Below are positions 50,301 through 59,031 of a stretch of DNA of 62,309 nt, in pieces. Position 1 is the first letter of the stretch, and each line of letters begins with the position of its first letter. Location of the stretch: assembly GCA_045597865.1 (NCBI GenBank), contig JAZLKX010000018.1:1-62309 (forward strand), read 5' to 3'. The stretch is from Bacilli bacterium. GTDB lineage: Bacteria; Bacillota_I; Bacilli_A; RFN20; CAG-826. Position numbers and translations under genes: made by a program. Under the pieces are notes generated by a model. That model was given only the letters and a program-made list of their open reading frames with translations. It did no database searches and was not told the origin of the DNA.

Positions 50301-53300
50301 GACAGCAACATCATATTCATTATCTTCAAGAACTCTTGTATTACCTGAAGCATAAGTTGCAGTGACTGTCATTTCATAGTTGAAATCATCTCCAACTGTG
50401 TATTCTTCTTGATAATTTGAAACTTCAATTGATTCAATATAGTCTTCAATTGCAGTAAATGAGAGAACGACGTCAACATCTTTTTCTCCATCAGATACTG
50501 TAATGATGTATTCTTGGTCATCCATTACCTTGCTTACTTCAATTTCGCCATAGTAAATACTATTTACAACGGATCCATCAAAGGATAAGCCATCAACTGC
50601 TGTTTTTTCTAAAACATCTACATCATCACCGAAGTTAATTAATTTAATTTCAAATGAAACAGTATTTCCGACATAGCCTTCAAATGAACCGGATTTTTCA
50701 TCAATTAAGTTGACGGTAGTTCCAAGATCTTCTGAAGTTAATGAAACTAAATTAGCATCTTTTTCTGCAGTAACAGTAATTATATAAGTTGCAGTTTTTG
50801 AAACACCACCTTCAGTATATGTAACTGTAACTGTTTTTTCACCAGCAGTTGTCATATCTGGACTACTGAATGAAACATTTGCGCTATTTGTTACATCTTC
50901 CGATTTATAACCATTTGCATAATTTGCAGTAACTATGACACCTTCATGTGTAAATGTATCATTAAGACCAAATTGATCCTTGAATGAATCGCCATAAGAT
51001 AATGAAATACTATTTAGTGTTTTTTCTGCAGCTGGAACAGTAATTTCTTTTTCAACTGTATAAGTGACACCATCATATGTTTCACTATATGTTAATTTAA
51101 AGATGTTATCACCCGCGCTTAATGTGCAATCATTACTATAGGTGTTTCCAATCTTCTTTTGAATTGAGGTTGGAGTAATTTTATTTTTCTTGGCATCTTC
51201 ACTAACCGGAGTTGTAGAAGTATCATATTGAACGGAAATATTAAAATCATCTTTAGTAAGTGAATCTCCAATTAATACAGAAGTATTATCGACTAAATTA
51301 GCATCTACAATTCTAATTGGATGTTTTTCAAGACTAGGAACTTTGCCTCCACCAGTAGGAGTATCAACATATTTATAAAGTTTAATAAGTGTACTACCTA
51401 AATATCTAAATTTCATTTGATTAGATGCAGTATTAAATGATAAAGTTTTTCCACCATTGCCAGTTATAATAAATGTACCATTGCTATAAGTAATTGTATT
51501 ATCATAGCTAGAAGAGTACGTTGTACTACCATCAATACCGTTACCGCTTGCATTACGTCCTATATAATATCCAGCAGCATTCTTAATTGAGTATTTACCT
51601 TCGCTAGATTTTGCAATTGTAAAACACTTTCCATTTATTTCATCTGTAGGAACGATTTCATTATTAACAATTCCTACTTCAAATGTATTAGGAGTAGAAT
51701 CAACCGCAGTTAAGCTTCCATCAAACGCTAAACTATTGTTATCATCTTCGTAAACTATTAAATATTGTCCAGACCAATCAGATAAATCTTCTGTAACTAA
51801 TTTATATGAATAATGATGCTGAATTGGTTCAGTTTCCCAATATTGTGCTAATTTATATGTAACATTGAATGTTCCTGTAGCACCAGTTGTTTTATGGGTA
51901 ACAGTAATTGTTTGTTGATCAGTAATAAATTTATTAACTTGTCCAATTGTAACATCGCTTAAATTAACTGATTGTGTCTTACCATTTGACATATTTGCGG
52001 TAATTGAACCTGCAAATGTGAAGTCAGTGCCTAAAACAGGTTGGCCACCAGTGTAGTTGATAGTTAATGAATCCATTGTTACTGCTTTAACTTCAATACC
52101 TGAAATTTCTTTAGTTGCTGTTAATCCTTGATATGTTGCTGTAACTGTAATTGATGTTGTTTCAGTAGCAACAACGGCATTTGTACTATATTGAACGTTT
52201 TCTGCAACTATAGAAGCAGTTTCCTTTGAATTCATTTCACCAGTTATTGAAAGACCTGAGAAATCCCAAGAATCTCCAACCCAATAAGATTTTTTAGTCA
52301 TATCGCAACCATCTGCAAATGCAATACTCTTAAGAGAATCATCTGCTAAAGTAATTAAATTAACAGTGACAGTTAGTTTTGTATTTTCTTTGTAAGTACC
52401 AACTGGATGATCGCCTGTTGTATCCCATTCAAAATCATCTTCGTAAAAAACGTAATACGTTTCATCGGCATAAACGCCATGAATTTCAATACCGCTTAAG
52501 TTGAGTTCAAATGAATCATTCCTGAATTGTTCGGATACATCTGGGGTACCTGTTGCAACAAATTCAGTTAATGGATTTGCAGTAACAACAACAGTTAATG
52601 CAGCTGTTTTGCTTCCAGCAGTAAATGTAATTATTCCTGATTCACTTTCTGTTGTTTGTGAATTAACAGTCAACTCTCCAGTTGTTTCGTCATATGTAAG
52701 GAATGAAGTTGGATTTGAAACAGTAATTTCTTCATCACCATCTTTACTAAATGATAAAGTTACTTTATTTTCAACTCCACAATTTAGGGTATAAATTCCA
52801 TTTGAACCTACAATATCTTTACCAGAAAGATTGAGATATGTTGAAACAATTGGATTAACTGTAATTTGATATGAAGTTGTTTTTTTAACCTCATTTTCTT
52901 CATATGAAACATTGATTGTTTTTGTTCCAGCTTTATCCATATCATCTGGTGCAGGTATATTTGCTTTAGCTGTTACATCAACATCAGGATATGTTGTTGA
53001 ATCTGTATAATGGGCAATTACATGAATGCCATTATGAGTGAATGTTTCACATCTAGTAAACACATCATCACATCCAACGTCCTTAGTGATACTGATGCTC
53101 TCTAAAACTGCAGGTGCTTGAGCAGTTAATTGGATAACTTTTGTAACTGTATCATTGTATGATCCTGTGTATGTGATTGTGTAATCATGTGTACCTGCAA
53201 CTAATGTTGTTGGAGAAACACTTGTTGGAACCAAATTAGAAGTTAAAGCAGTTCCAGTATCGTATTGGACTTGAATCTTAAAGTCACCTTTGCTAATTGT

Positions 53301-55931
53301 TTCCCCTGCAATAAGCGGTGATTTACTACAAGTTACCTCACCAATTCTAATTGCGTGTTTCTCAGTAGAAGATTTTTGGTCAACTGTAACATAGTTAATT
53401 GTAATGCCTTTCATTCTAAACAAACTGTTACAGCTTACTTCAATTTCAATCGCTCCTGTTGCTTTCTCAAAAGTAAATTCACGATCTGCATTACCTGCAC
53501 CACTAAAGTTTATTGGAGTTTTTTTAATAGAACCTACAGAAACTGTAGTTGATCCGCTTGATGCGGATTTATTGCCTCCACAAACAACTGTAATTCCAGT
53601 AATTTTAACATTAGTAGGGGTTGAAGATGTAAATGTGATGCTTCCTGTTGTAGATTGTCCTAATCTGTGACCATCTGTGTCACCACCCCAACCATTATAT
53701 CCATTGTGTTCCCAATTGAATGAGAAAATTCCGACATCCAAGGTTCCGCTTGTAGATGATTGATTTTTATAAAGATTATCATTTTTATTAGCAGTCCATG
53801 AAGCTGAACCTGATGTTTCTACATCTTCAGTATATGATTTAACTTGATATTGAACATTAAATGTTCCAGTAGCACCTGTTGTTTTATGGGTAACATTAAC
53901 AGTTTGTTGATCTGTTATATATGGATTAACATCAAAATCAACATCGGAAACTGAAACGTTTTGTTCTGTGCCATTCGACATATTGCCTTTGATAGTACCA
54001 GCAAAAACAATGTCTTCACCTAAATATGGTTTTCCGCCAGTATAAGAAACAGTTAATGAATCCATGGTAACTGCTTTAACTTCAATATCTGAAACCACTT
54101 TTGGTGTAGTTGTGGTTAATCCTTGATATGTTGCTGTTACACTAATTTGTGTTGTAGTTGTTGCAACAACATCATTTGAACTAAAGGTGACATCAGATGA
54201 AGCAATGGATTGTACTTTTGCGCCAGAATCCATTGTTCCTACAATTGAAAGACCTGAGAAATCCCAAGAATCTCCAACCCAGTAAGTTTTTTTAGTCATA
54301 TCGCAACCATCTGCAAACGCAATGGAAACGAGTGTATCATTAACAACTGTAACTCCTGTGATTGTTACTGTGAATTCACCATCAGCACATAAATATGTAC
54401 CGGTTGGATTTGATCCAGCTACCAATGCATTCCATGAAATATCATCAGCGGTAATTTCTACATCTTCGTGATCGCCTTCTGACCAACTTGGTGCAAAAGA
54501 GAAACCTTGAGGATTAAATGCATCACCGACATATTGTTTTTCAATGATTGCGCCTGTTGCAGACGCGCTAACACCAGTTATATGTGCAATTTGAGTGGCT
54601 TCAATTGTATAAACGACATCCGCTGATTTGGAACTATCTCCATCTGCGGTTGCAACAAAGGTGATTGTTCCTTCACCTGTGTTGTTTGCTGCAATAGAAA
54701 GTGTTCCATTTTCAAATGTATATGAAATTTCTCCGCTTGTTGCACTAACAATTGGATCACCCCAAGAAAAACCTTGATTTGCGTTAGCAGGTAAAATAGT
54801 AACTCCTGGCAATGTGGCTTCCCCACCCTTTCCAAGAGTGCCCTCTTCATAGTCTAAAACAAATGAAGCAATATCTGCATAATCGACATGCACGTTAAAT
54901 GTTCCTGAAGTGTATGTATTATTTGCATCTTCTGCTTTTGTGATTGTGATTGTTGCATCACCAAGTCCAACGACATGTAATTGATTATTAACGATACTGA
55001 TAACATTCGTGTTTCCAGATGTTAGTGTAAATCCAGAGACTGCTGAACCTCCTGCAGTGACTGTTACAGATTTGTCACTATCACCAAGCTTCATATTTAC
55101 ATCAGCTGCGGTCAATGTCAAAGCAGTTTTTGCTGTCCATTTAGCATATAAAACTTTTGTTCCAGAAATAGTTCCAGTACTAAAATTCCACTTATTTGTA
55201 CAAGCAGCTTCTTCATACCAGCCACCAAATATATAACCACTTACGCTAGGTGCTGTAGGTTCTGCAACTTTTCCGCCTGCCTCAATTGACTGAGTACTAG
55301 GTGCACTACCATGGCCTTGCATATTAAAGGAAACATCGTACTTTGTCACAGCTTTTTCATAAGTTACTGTTATTGCATCACTTGAAGCTAGTTTGTTTGT
55401 GCCAGAGGCGGCTTTACCATTTTGATAAAAAGCAAAATAAGTATAATTAGTGCCTTCAGCAGGAGTCCAAGTTAATGTTTTAGCAGTAGAATTCCATGTA
55501 CCAGCACTGCCACCTGATAAACTAGAAATTGCAGAAGTGCCACCAACAAAACATAATTTGCTTGCATCACTTACTGTTAATGCAGCAAATGTAATAACAA
55601 CACTCTTTATTTTTCCAGGAAATGCAGATGTATTTTTAAAATTGAATTCGCTTCCTGCTGAACTTTGGTTAGTTTTTATTTGCAAAGTGCTCGGATTCCA
55701 TTGGTTAAAACTCCACTCAATATTATTGTGAGTAAAAGAATATGCACTAGTAACATAGCTTGTGGCGCTATTGCTAGAAGTACTTGCGTCTGGTGTAAAT
55801 TTATAAGTTACATCAGCTGCTCTAGTCTCACCAGCAGCTCCTGCATACCCTGCAGCCCCTACTCCTAAGGTCATAACAAAACCTAAGAGTCCTGCGGTTA
55901 ATTTTCTAAGAAAGTGATTGTGTTTTTTCAT
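47358..55931 (-). CDS. Giant (2857 aa) secreted surface protein with bacterial Ig-like and InlB-B/Flg_new repeats
   Basis: Signal peptide ending TRA; G.F.GW B-repeats, VTA.Y..G...DVT Ig-like units, Thr/Val-rich. Confidence 0.85.
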   Translation of the reverse strand: MKKHNHFLRKLTAGLLGFVMTLGVGAAGYAGAAGETRAADVTYKFTPDASTSSNSATSYVTSAYSFTHNNIEWSFNQWNPSTLQIKTNQSSAGSEFNFKNTSAFPGKIKSVVITFAALTVSDASKLCFVGGTSAISSLSGGSAGTWNSTAKTLTWTPAEGTNYTYFAFYQNGKAASGTNKLASSDAITVTYEKAVTKYDVSFNMQGHGSAPSTQSIEAGGKVAEPTAPSVSGYIFGGWYEEAACTNKWNFSTGTISGTKVLYAKWTAKTALTLTAADVNMKLGDSDKSVTVTAGGSAVSGFTLTSGNTNVISIVNNQLHVVGLGDATITITKAEDANNTYTSGTFNVHVDYADIASFVLDYEEGTLGKGGEATLPGVTILPANANQGFSWGDPIVSATSGEISYTFENGTLSIAANNTGEGTITFVATADGDSSKSADVVYTIEATQIAHITGVSASATGAIIEKQYVGDAFNPQGFSFAPSWSEGDHEDVEITADDISWNALVAGSNPTGTYLCADGEFTVTITGVTVVNDTLVSIAFADGCDMTKKTYWVGDSWDFSGLSIVGTMDSGAKVQSIASSDVTFSSNDVVATTTTQISVTATYQGLTTTTPKVVSDIEVKAVTMDSLTVSYTGGKPYLGEDIVFAGTIKGNMSNGTEQNVSVSDVDFDVNPYITDQQTVNVTHKTTGATGTFNVQYQVKSYTEDVETSGSASWTANKNDNLYKNQSSTSGTLDVGIFSFNWEHNGYNGWGGDTDGHRLGQSTTGSITFTSSTPTNVKITGITVVCGGNKSASSGSTTVSVGSIKKTPINFSGAGNADREFTFEKATGAIEIEVSCNSLFRMKGITINYVTVDQKSSTEKHAIRIGEVTCSKSPLIAGETISKGDFKIQVQYDTGTALTSNLVPTSVSPTTLVAGTHDYTITYTGSYNDTVTKVIQLTAQAPAVLESISITKDVGCDDVFTRCETFTHNGIHVIAHYTDSTTYPDVDVTAKANIPAPDDMDKAGTKTINVSYEENEVKKTTSYQITVNPIVSTYLNLSGKDIVGSNGIYTLNCGVENKVTLSFSKDGDEEITVSNPTSFLTYDETTGELTVNSQTTESESGIITFTAGSKTAALTVVVTANPLTEFVATGTPDVSEQFRNDSFELNLSGIEIHGVYADETYYVFYEDDFEWDTTGDHPVGTYKENTKLTVTVNLITLADDSLKSIAFADGCDMTKKSYWVGDSWDFSGLSITGEMNSKETASIVAENVQYSTNAVVATETTSITVTATYQGLTATKEISGIEVKAVTMDSLTINYTGGQPVLGTDFTFAGSITANMSNGKTQSVNLSDVTIGQVNKFITDQQTITVTHKTTGATGTFNVTYKLAQYWETEPIQHHYSYKLVTEDLSDWSGQYLIVYEDDNNSLAFDGSLTAVDSTPNTFEVGIVNNEIVPTDEINGKCFTIAKSSEGKYSIKNAAGYYIGRNASGNGIDGSTTYSSSYDNTITYSNGTFIITGNGGKTLSFNTASNQMKFRYLGSTLIKLYKYVDTPTGGGKVPSLEKHPIRIVDANLVDNTSVLIGDSLTKDDFNISVQYDTSTTPVSEDAKKNKITPTSIQKKIGNTYSNDCTLSAGDNIFKLTYSETYDGVTYTVEKEITVPAAEKTLNSISLSYGDSFKDQFGLNDTFTHEGVIVTANYANGYKSEDVTNSANVSFSSPDMTTAGEKTVTVTYTEGGVSKTATYIITVTAEKDANLVSLTSEDLGTTVNLIDEKSGSFEGYVGNTVSFEIKLINFGDDVDVLEKTAVDGLSFDGSVVNSIYYGEIEVSKVMDDQEYIITVSDGEKDVDVVLSFTAIEDYIESIEVSNYQEEYTVGDDFNYEMTVTATYASGNTRVLEDNEYDVAVLELTRGNHNVTVTLNNTSIQDSFSITVNKPDDLNIVTYYEIPGEGSYQLVTDASQITVNGQYALGTTGAFINSSNASSSAYQISSTETEFRLSAIDGGYLIYCPGRTSNKYLANSSSTSASWNDSGSTFYFTKDSESGYFYIQNASNSNRFLGFTNGNHTGVKCYATSNIGDYDFVYLYKYVPGQSTIGYKDNTDNITDALFDFVYAWGGDNLDIANWKNIFESTEYAVLNKDDKVLLQYAVVESKDGTKVTTEMFADFITTYDEIVAKYGPSYNELDREVEYEVYNLVYENIEDAIISDGSSSDSYQAGSEITLPTDVKKEGYTFKGWFTKDGTSTGDWGKQETGKFNMHEDVTLYAKWEINKYTVTWKNGDTVLEIDTNVPYGTMPEYNGTTPTKASDAQYNYTFTGWAPEVSSVTGDVTYVAQFSSELRSYTVTWKDGDSTLETDANVPYGTMPEYNGTTPTKASDAQYNYTFSGWAPEVSSVTGDVTYVAQFSSELRSYTVIWKNYDGTILETDPNVNYGTTPEFNGETPTKPSTVYKVYTFNCWDPEIDVVTGDITYTAQFKEEDRIYYVTWIVDGVEDKREVQYGETPSYGSDPVKPDTAQYEYEFVGWTPNVVAITEDAVYTAVFKETVKSYTITFKNGDVVLQSSSFEYGSIPQYSGATPNSDNKAFVGWSPSVVSVKGEATYQAVFKTIASPETYAPIERENYDTTSGTFTVDVKNEYSDVKTEAVINGVNENGTIKQTDEGYVVVAEAGEYKRFVEADIVLLNDTECQILVSSDGINYVEWDEIEGDIQYVKFIAKDEDTLMGLSLRKAAGTMEENAYGYVSYTYHDNNTVSDIYAGIAYEYKYEDERLSQYQGSDEYTVMFIYGYSDEAMTFDELWNSSYNTKLIGDDKLIQNQASLVLKFKGTDTAKFDRVYSVAIVVVDKDGNLVDYSNVVSGSFNELKYSIADDHAKDPNLDHILLALVELGVQAE
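48787..49200 (-). repeat. Tandem 207-bp (69-aa) near-identical domain duplication in the giant gene
   Basis: CTTCTAAGTTCTGACGAGAATTGTGCAACATA at 48796 and 49003. Confidence 0.85.
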
Positions 55932-56233
55932 ATTGGGTTTCCTTCTTTCTAATAAAATTTCAAGTTAACTCGCTACTAGATAGCTAGAGGAGAATTATTA
56001 GGTATTAGTCTTAATAACGACAAAAAGTCACTCCGGTAAGATCAATACTTAATAATTCTTTTCAATAGTTCTACCCCCGTACGTATAACTTTGTTGTGTA
56101 TATAATACATATGTGTGTAAAGATACATATGAACCCCCTAACAATATGTCCGATAAAATAACAACTTTTATAAAATAACAAATTTGGCGTGTTTTCAGTT
56201 GCGCCACTACTTAAACTCATCTATAATGTAGAC

Positions 56234-56737
56234 ATGCAAACATTAAAACAATTAAGAAAAGAACGTGGCTTTACACAAGAAGAAATGAGCTCAATTGTCA
56301 ACATTCCTCATCGAACATATCAAAGATATGAAGCAGATGATACAAATGTTGAAATGGAAAAACTTAATGAGCTTATTTCAAAGATTCTAAAATTAAGTGA
56401 AGTTGATGAAGAACACGGAATTCTTTCAATTCCTGAAATTGCAAATAAAATCAAATTCGTATGTGCTAATTACCCACAAGTAAAATGCATCTACTTATTT
56501 GGTAGTTATGCTAGAGGAGAGATGAAAGAAACAAGCGATATAGATCTTTACTATATAGCAGATAATATGAAAGCATTAGATGTTGCAAACCTAGCTTTTG
56601 ATTTAAAGGAAAAACTTCATAAGAATATAGACTTACTCTGTGCTGCTAATATTAGTGATAACGAAAAGTTTATCGATGATATGCTTTATGAAGGTATCAA
56701 GATATATGACAAGAGAAGAAGAAACCAGATTATTTAG
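56234..56737 (+). CDS. XRE-HTH + MNT nucleotidyltransferase antitoxin
   Basis: LKQLRKERGFTQEEM HTH; YLFGSYARG...SDIDL; ATG 6 nt after TATAAT. Confidence 0.85.
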   Translation: MQTLKQLRKERGFTQEEMSSIVNIPHRTYQRYEADDTNVEMEKLNELISKILKLSEVDEEHGILSIPEIANKIKFVCANYPQVKCIYLFGSYARGEMKETSDIDLYYIADNMKALDVANLAFDLKEKLHKNIDLLCAANISDNEKFIDDMLYEGIKIYDKRRRNQII

Positions 56738-57068
56738 GTTTGACAAAATACTTGAATATTGTGATGAAATCATATCAATGATGAAGGATGTCACATATGA
56801 TGAATTTTGTAATTTCTCTATGCTTGCAAAGACAACTATATTTAATCTTGAACAAATAAGCGAACATATAACTAGATTGTCTGATTTTCTTAACAATAAC
56901 TATCCAGATCCAACCTGGAACAAAATAATCGGTTTAAGAATTATCATTGCTCACATCTATTGGAAAATTGATTTTGTAAAAATTTATGAGATAGCAACCG
57001 AAAACGTTAAGCCTTTGAGAGATTCAATACAAAAAATTAAAAACGAACTCTCTAAAAAAAGACCATAA
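56706..57068 (+). CDS. HepT-like (DUF86/HEPN) RNase toxin
   Basis: LEQISE, WNKIIGLRIIIAHIYWKID; overlaps the MNT gene. Confidence 0.85.
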   Translation: MTREEETRLFRFDKILEYCDEIISMMKDVTYDEFCNFSMLAKTTIFNLEQISEHITRLSDFLNNNYPDPTWNKIIGLRIIIAHIYWKIDFVKIYEIATENVKPLRDSIQKIKNELSKKRP

Positions 57069-57368
57069 AAAGAAAAAAAGTCGGCATTTGAGCAATTACT
57101 CTGTCGACTTTTTAAGTGGAAGATAACATGGTTCCAATCACCACGATCACTTCCGACAAATATTATATTACTATTAAGTAAATATAAAAACAAATAAATT
57201 TATTTCATTTCAACTTGTCAGTGCAAAACTGCACCAACAAGTTTTTTAATAATTATTTTATGTGCATTTTATTCTTTTGATTTGTGGTTTCACTACTTTT
57301 AAAAAGTATTGATGAAACCTAATGTTTTTATATTATGAACCCCTTACAATTCAAAAGATTGAGTTTAA

Positions 57369-57421
57369 TTTATGAACCCCCTAAAGTTTATAAATCACTT
57401 TAAACTTGAGAGGTTCATAAA
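57369..57421. repeat. Inverted repeat TTTATGAACC..AAGTTTA / TAAACTT..GGTTCATAAA
   Basis: Directly before ATG 57424; the half-site recurs at 56128 and 57334. Confidence 0.75.
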
Positions 57422-57423
57422 AA

Positions 57424-57825
57424 ATGCACTGGAGATACTCAAAAATAAATCAATATGACTTAGAAGGTCACTACATCAAATCATTTAAATCATGTACGGA
57501 AGCTTCTAAAGAAGTATTCGCGTATCATAGATGTATAGAGAAAGCATCTAAAGGCTTACTTAAATCTGTCGCTGGATACCAATGGAGAAAATTAGACGCT
57601 CAAGCACCTAATGATGATATAGAGCCATTAATTAAACCAAAAGGCACTAATATCAAGAAACCAGTAATCGCTATTAATCTAGAAACAAAAGAAGAGAAAG
57701 AATTCCCTTCTGTCCTTGATTGTGCACACTACTTACATATTGATCCTAAAAACATAAGAGAAACTATTAAAGGAAACCAAACTCAATCTAAAGGTTATAC
57801 TTTCAAATTAAAAGAAGAGGAATAA
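57424..57825 (+). CDS. Tandem NUMOD1/IENR1-type DNA-binding domain protein
   Basis: INQYDLEGHYIKSFKSCTEA...GYQWR and KPVIAIN...EFPSVLDCA...GYTFK; no nuclease domain. Confidence 0.75.
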   Translation: MHWRYSKINQYDLEGHYIKSFKSCTEASKEVFAYHRCIEKASKGLLKSVAGYQWRKLDAQAPNDDIEPLIKPKGTNIKKPVIAINLETKEEKEFPSVLDCAHYLHIDPKNIRETIKGNQTQSKGYTFKLKEEE

Positions 57826-57898
57826 TTCCTCTTCATTTATCTCTTTTCAATCAAGGTTACTTGATTACTTTAACCGTAGGTTGAAAAGACCGAATTTT
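57711..57898 (+). repeat. Repeat unit D: NUMOD1 gene 3' end + terminator + hairpin (57842-57889)
   Basis: Homologous to 59764-59928 and 61671-61845. Confidence 0.9.
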
Positions 57899-58020
57899 TC
57901 ATAATAAAAACGGGCCAAATGCCCGTATTATGTGGGAGCTCGACTTCTTCCCCGCACCAACCTAAGCTGGTGTTCCCTCTTTGCGGTCTAGCAATATTTA
58001 ACATTAAATAAGGCTATTTA

Positions 58021-59031
58021 TCAAGATATTTTATAGTAAGATTTTTTAGCTTTAATAAGAGCGAACTCTTTGATAATGCTTGGAATAAGTTTACTTCTGC
58101 CCTTTGAATCCACTATTTCAGTATCCGATATTGAAATAATTTGTTTGTTGGATTTTAAAGATTTGCTAGTCTTCTTATCATTTGCCACCACTAATACCTT
58201 TCTATAATGTTTCATGTACTCATCCACTAACTTAACAATGTCTTCGTATGTAGCATTATTTTCAGTAAAAAACTTAATTACTTTTTCTTTTGAAACTAAG
58301 GATTCATCATCCATATCATATTCATAGTCAAAACCTAATTCTTGAGTGTTAAAAAACAAGTAAGTGTCTTTTCGAATCATTGCTTCTTCATTTTTACTTA
58401 ACTTTGATATTGCAGGAATAGATATATAAATATTCTTCATAAAGATATTTGGGTTAACCTCTAATATCTGAGATATAAGCATAATATAGTCAAATCTAGC
58501 CCCATAAAGAATATCGTCAGATTTAGAATATCCATTTAAGGTATGAATGCTTATACCAGATAACACCGACAACTGTTTAGTGGTTAATCCTTTTTCATTC
58601 AATAATTTCGATAACAAAGTTTGAGATTTTTGTTTACTTTCAAAATAATTAAATATTTGAGACACATCCATTTCATGATAAAGTGGAAATCTCTCCACTG
58701 CATCTTCTAATGAGAAATACAAAAACAAATAAGAAAAACTTTTTTTGTATTGGAAAAATAAGTTTAAATAAGTCATTGAAATCCAATAAGCTAAATCAGT
58801 GATTCTTACTTCTATTTTTTCTTCATCTGAGATATTGCAAATATCTCTTATAATTTGATCGCTATTATAGTTATCAATAATTGAGTCACTATTCTTTTCT
58901 AGTGAGTTCACTAATTTAGAGGCACAAAGTCTACTTTCAATGCTTTTAGGAGAATACATTTTATCAAAGCCATATTGAAAAATAGATGCTAACAATTCTT
59001 CTAATAAATCTAAATTTCCATAACTAATCAT
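58021..59031 (-). CDS. DUF3990-associated protein with internal HTH
   Basis: AYWISMTY, YHEMD; HTH LTTKQLSVLSGISIHTLNGY; overlaps the DUF3990 gene. Confidence 0.65.
   Translation of the reverse strand: MISYGNLDLLEELLASIFQYGFDKMYSPKSIESRLCASKLVNSLEKNSDSIIDNYNSDQIIRDICNISDEEKIEVRITDLAYWISMTYLNLFFQYKKSFSYLFLYFSLEDAVERFPLYHEMDVSQIFNYFESKQKSQTLLSKLLNEKGLTTKQLSVLSGISIHTLNGYSKSDDILYGARFDYIMLISQILEVNPNIFMKNIYISIPAISKLSKNEEAMIRKDTYLFFNTQELGFDYEYDMDDESLVSKEKVIKFFTENNATYEDIVKLVDEYMKHYRKVLVVANDKKTSKSLKSNKQIISISDTEIVDSKGRSKLIPSIIKEFALIKAKKSYYKIS

Noticed and set aside
864-55868. Numerous 60-120 aa ORFs antisense or out of frame within long genes
   Set aside because: Shadow ORFs without RBS or recognisable motifs
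57424-57825. Homing endonuclease or group I intron
   Set aside because: Only NUMOD1-type DNA-binding repeats; no HNH or GIY-YIG domain and no interrupted host gene
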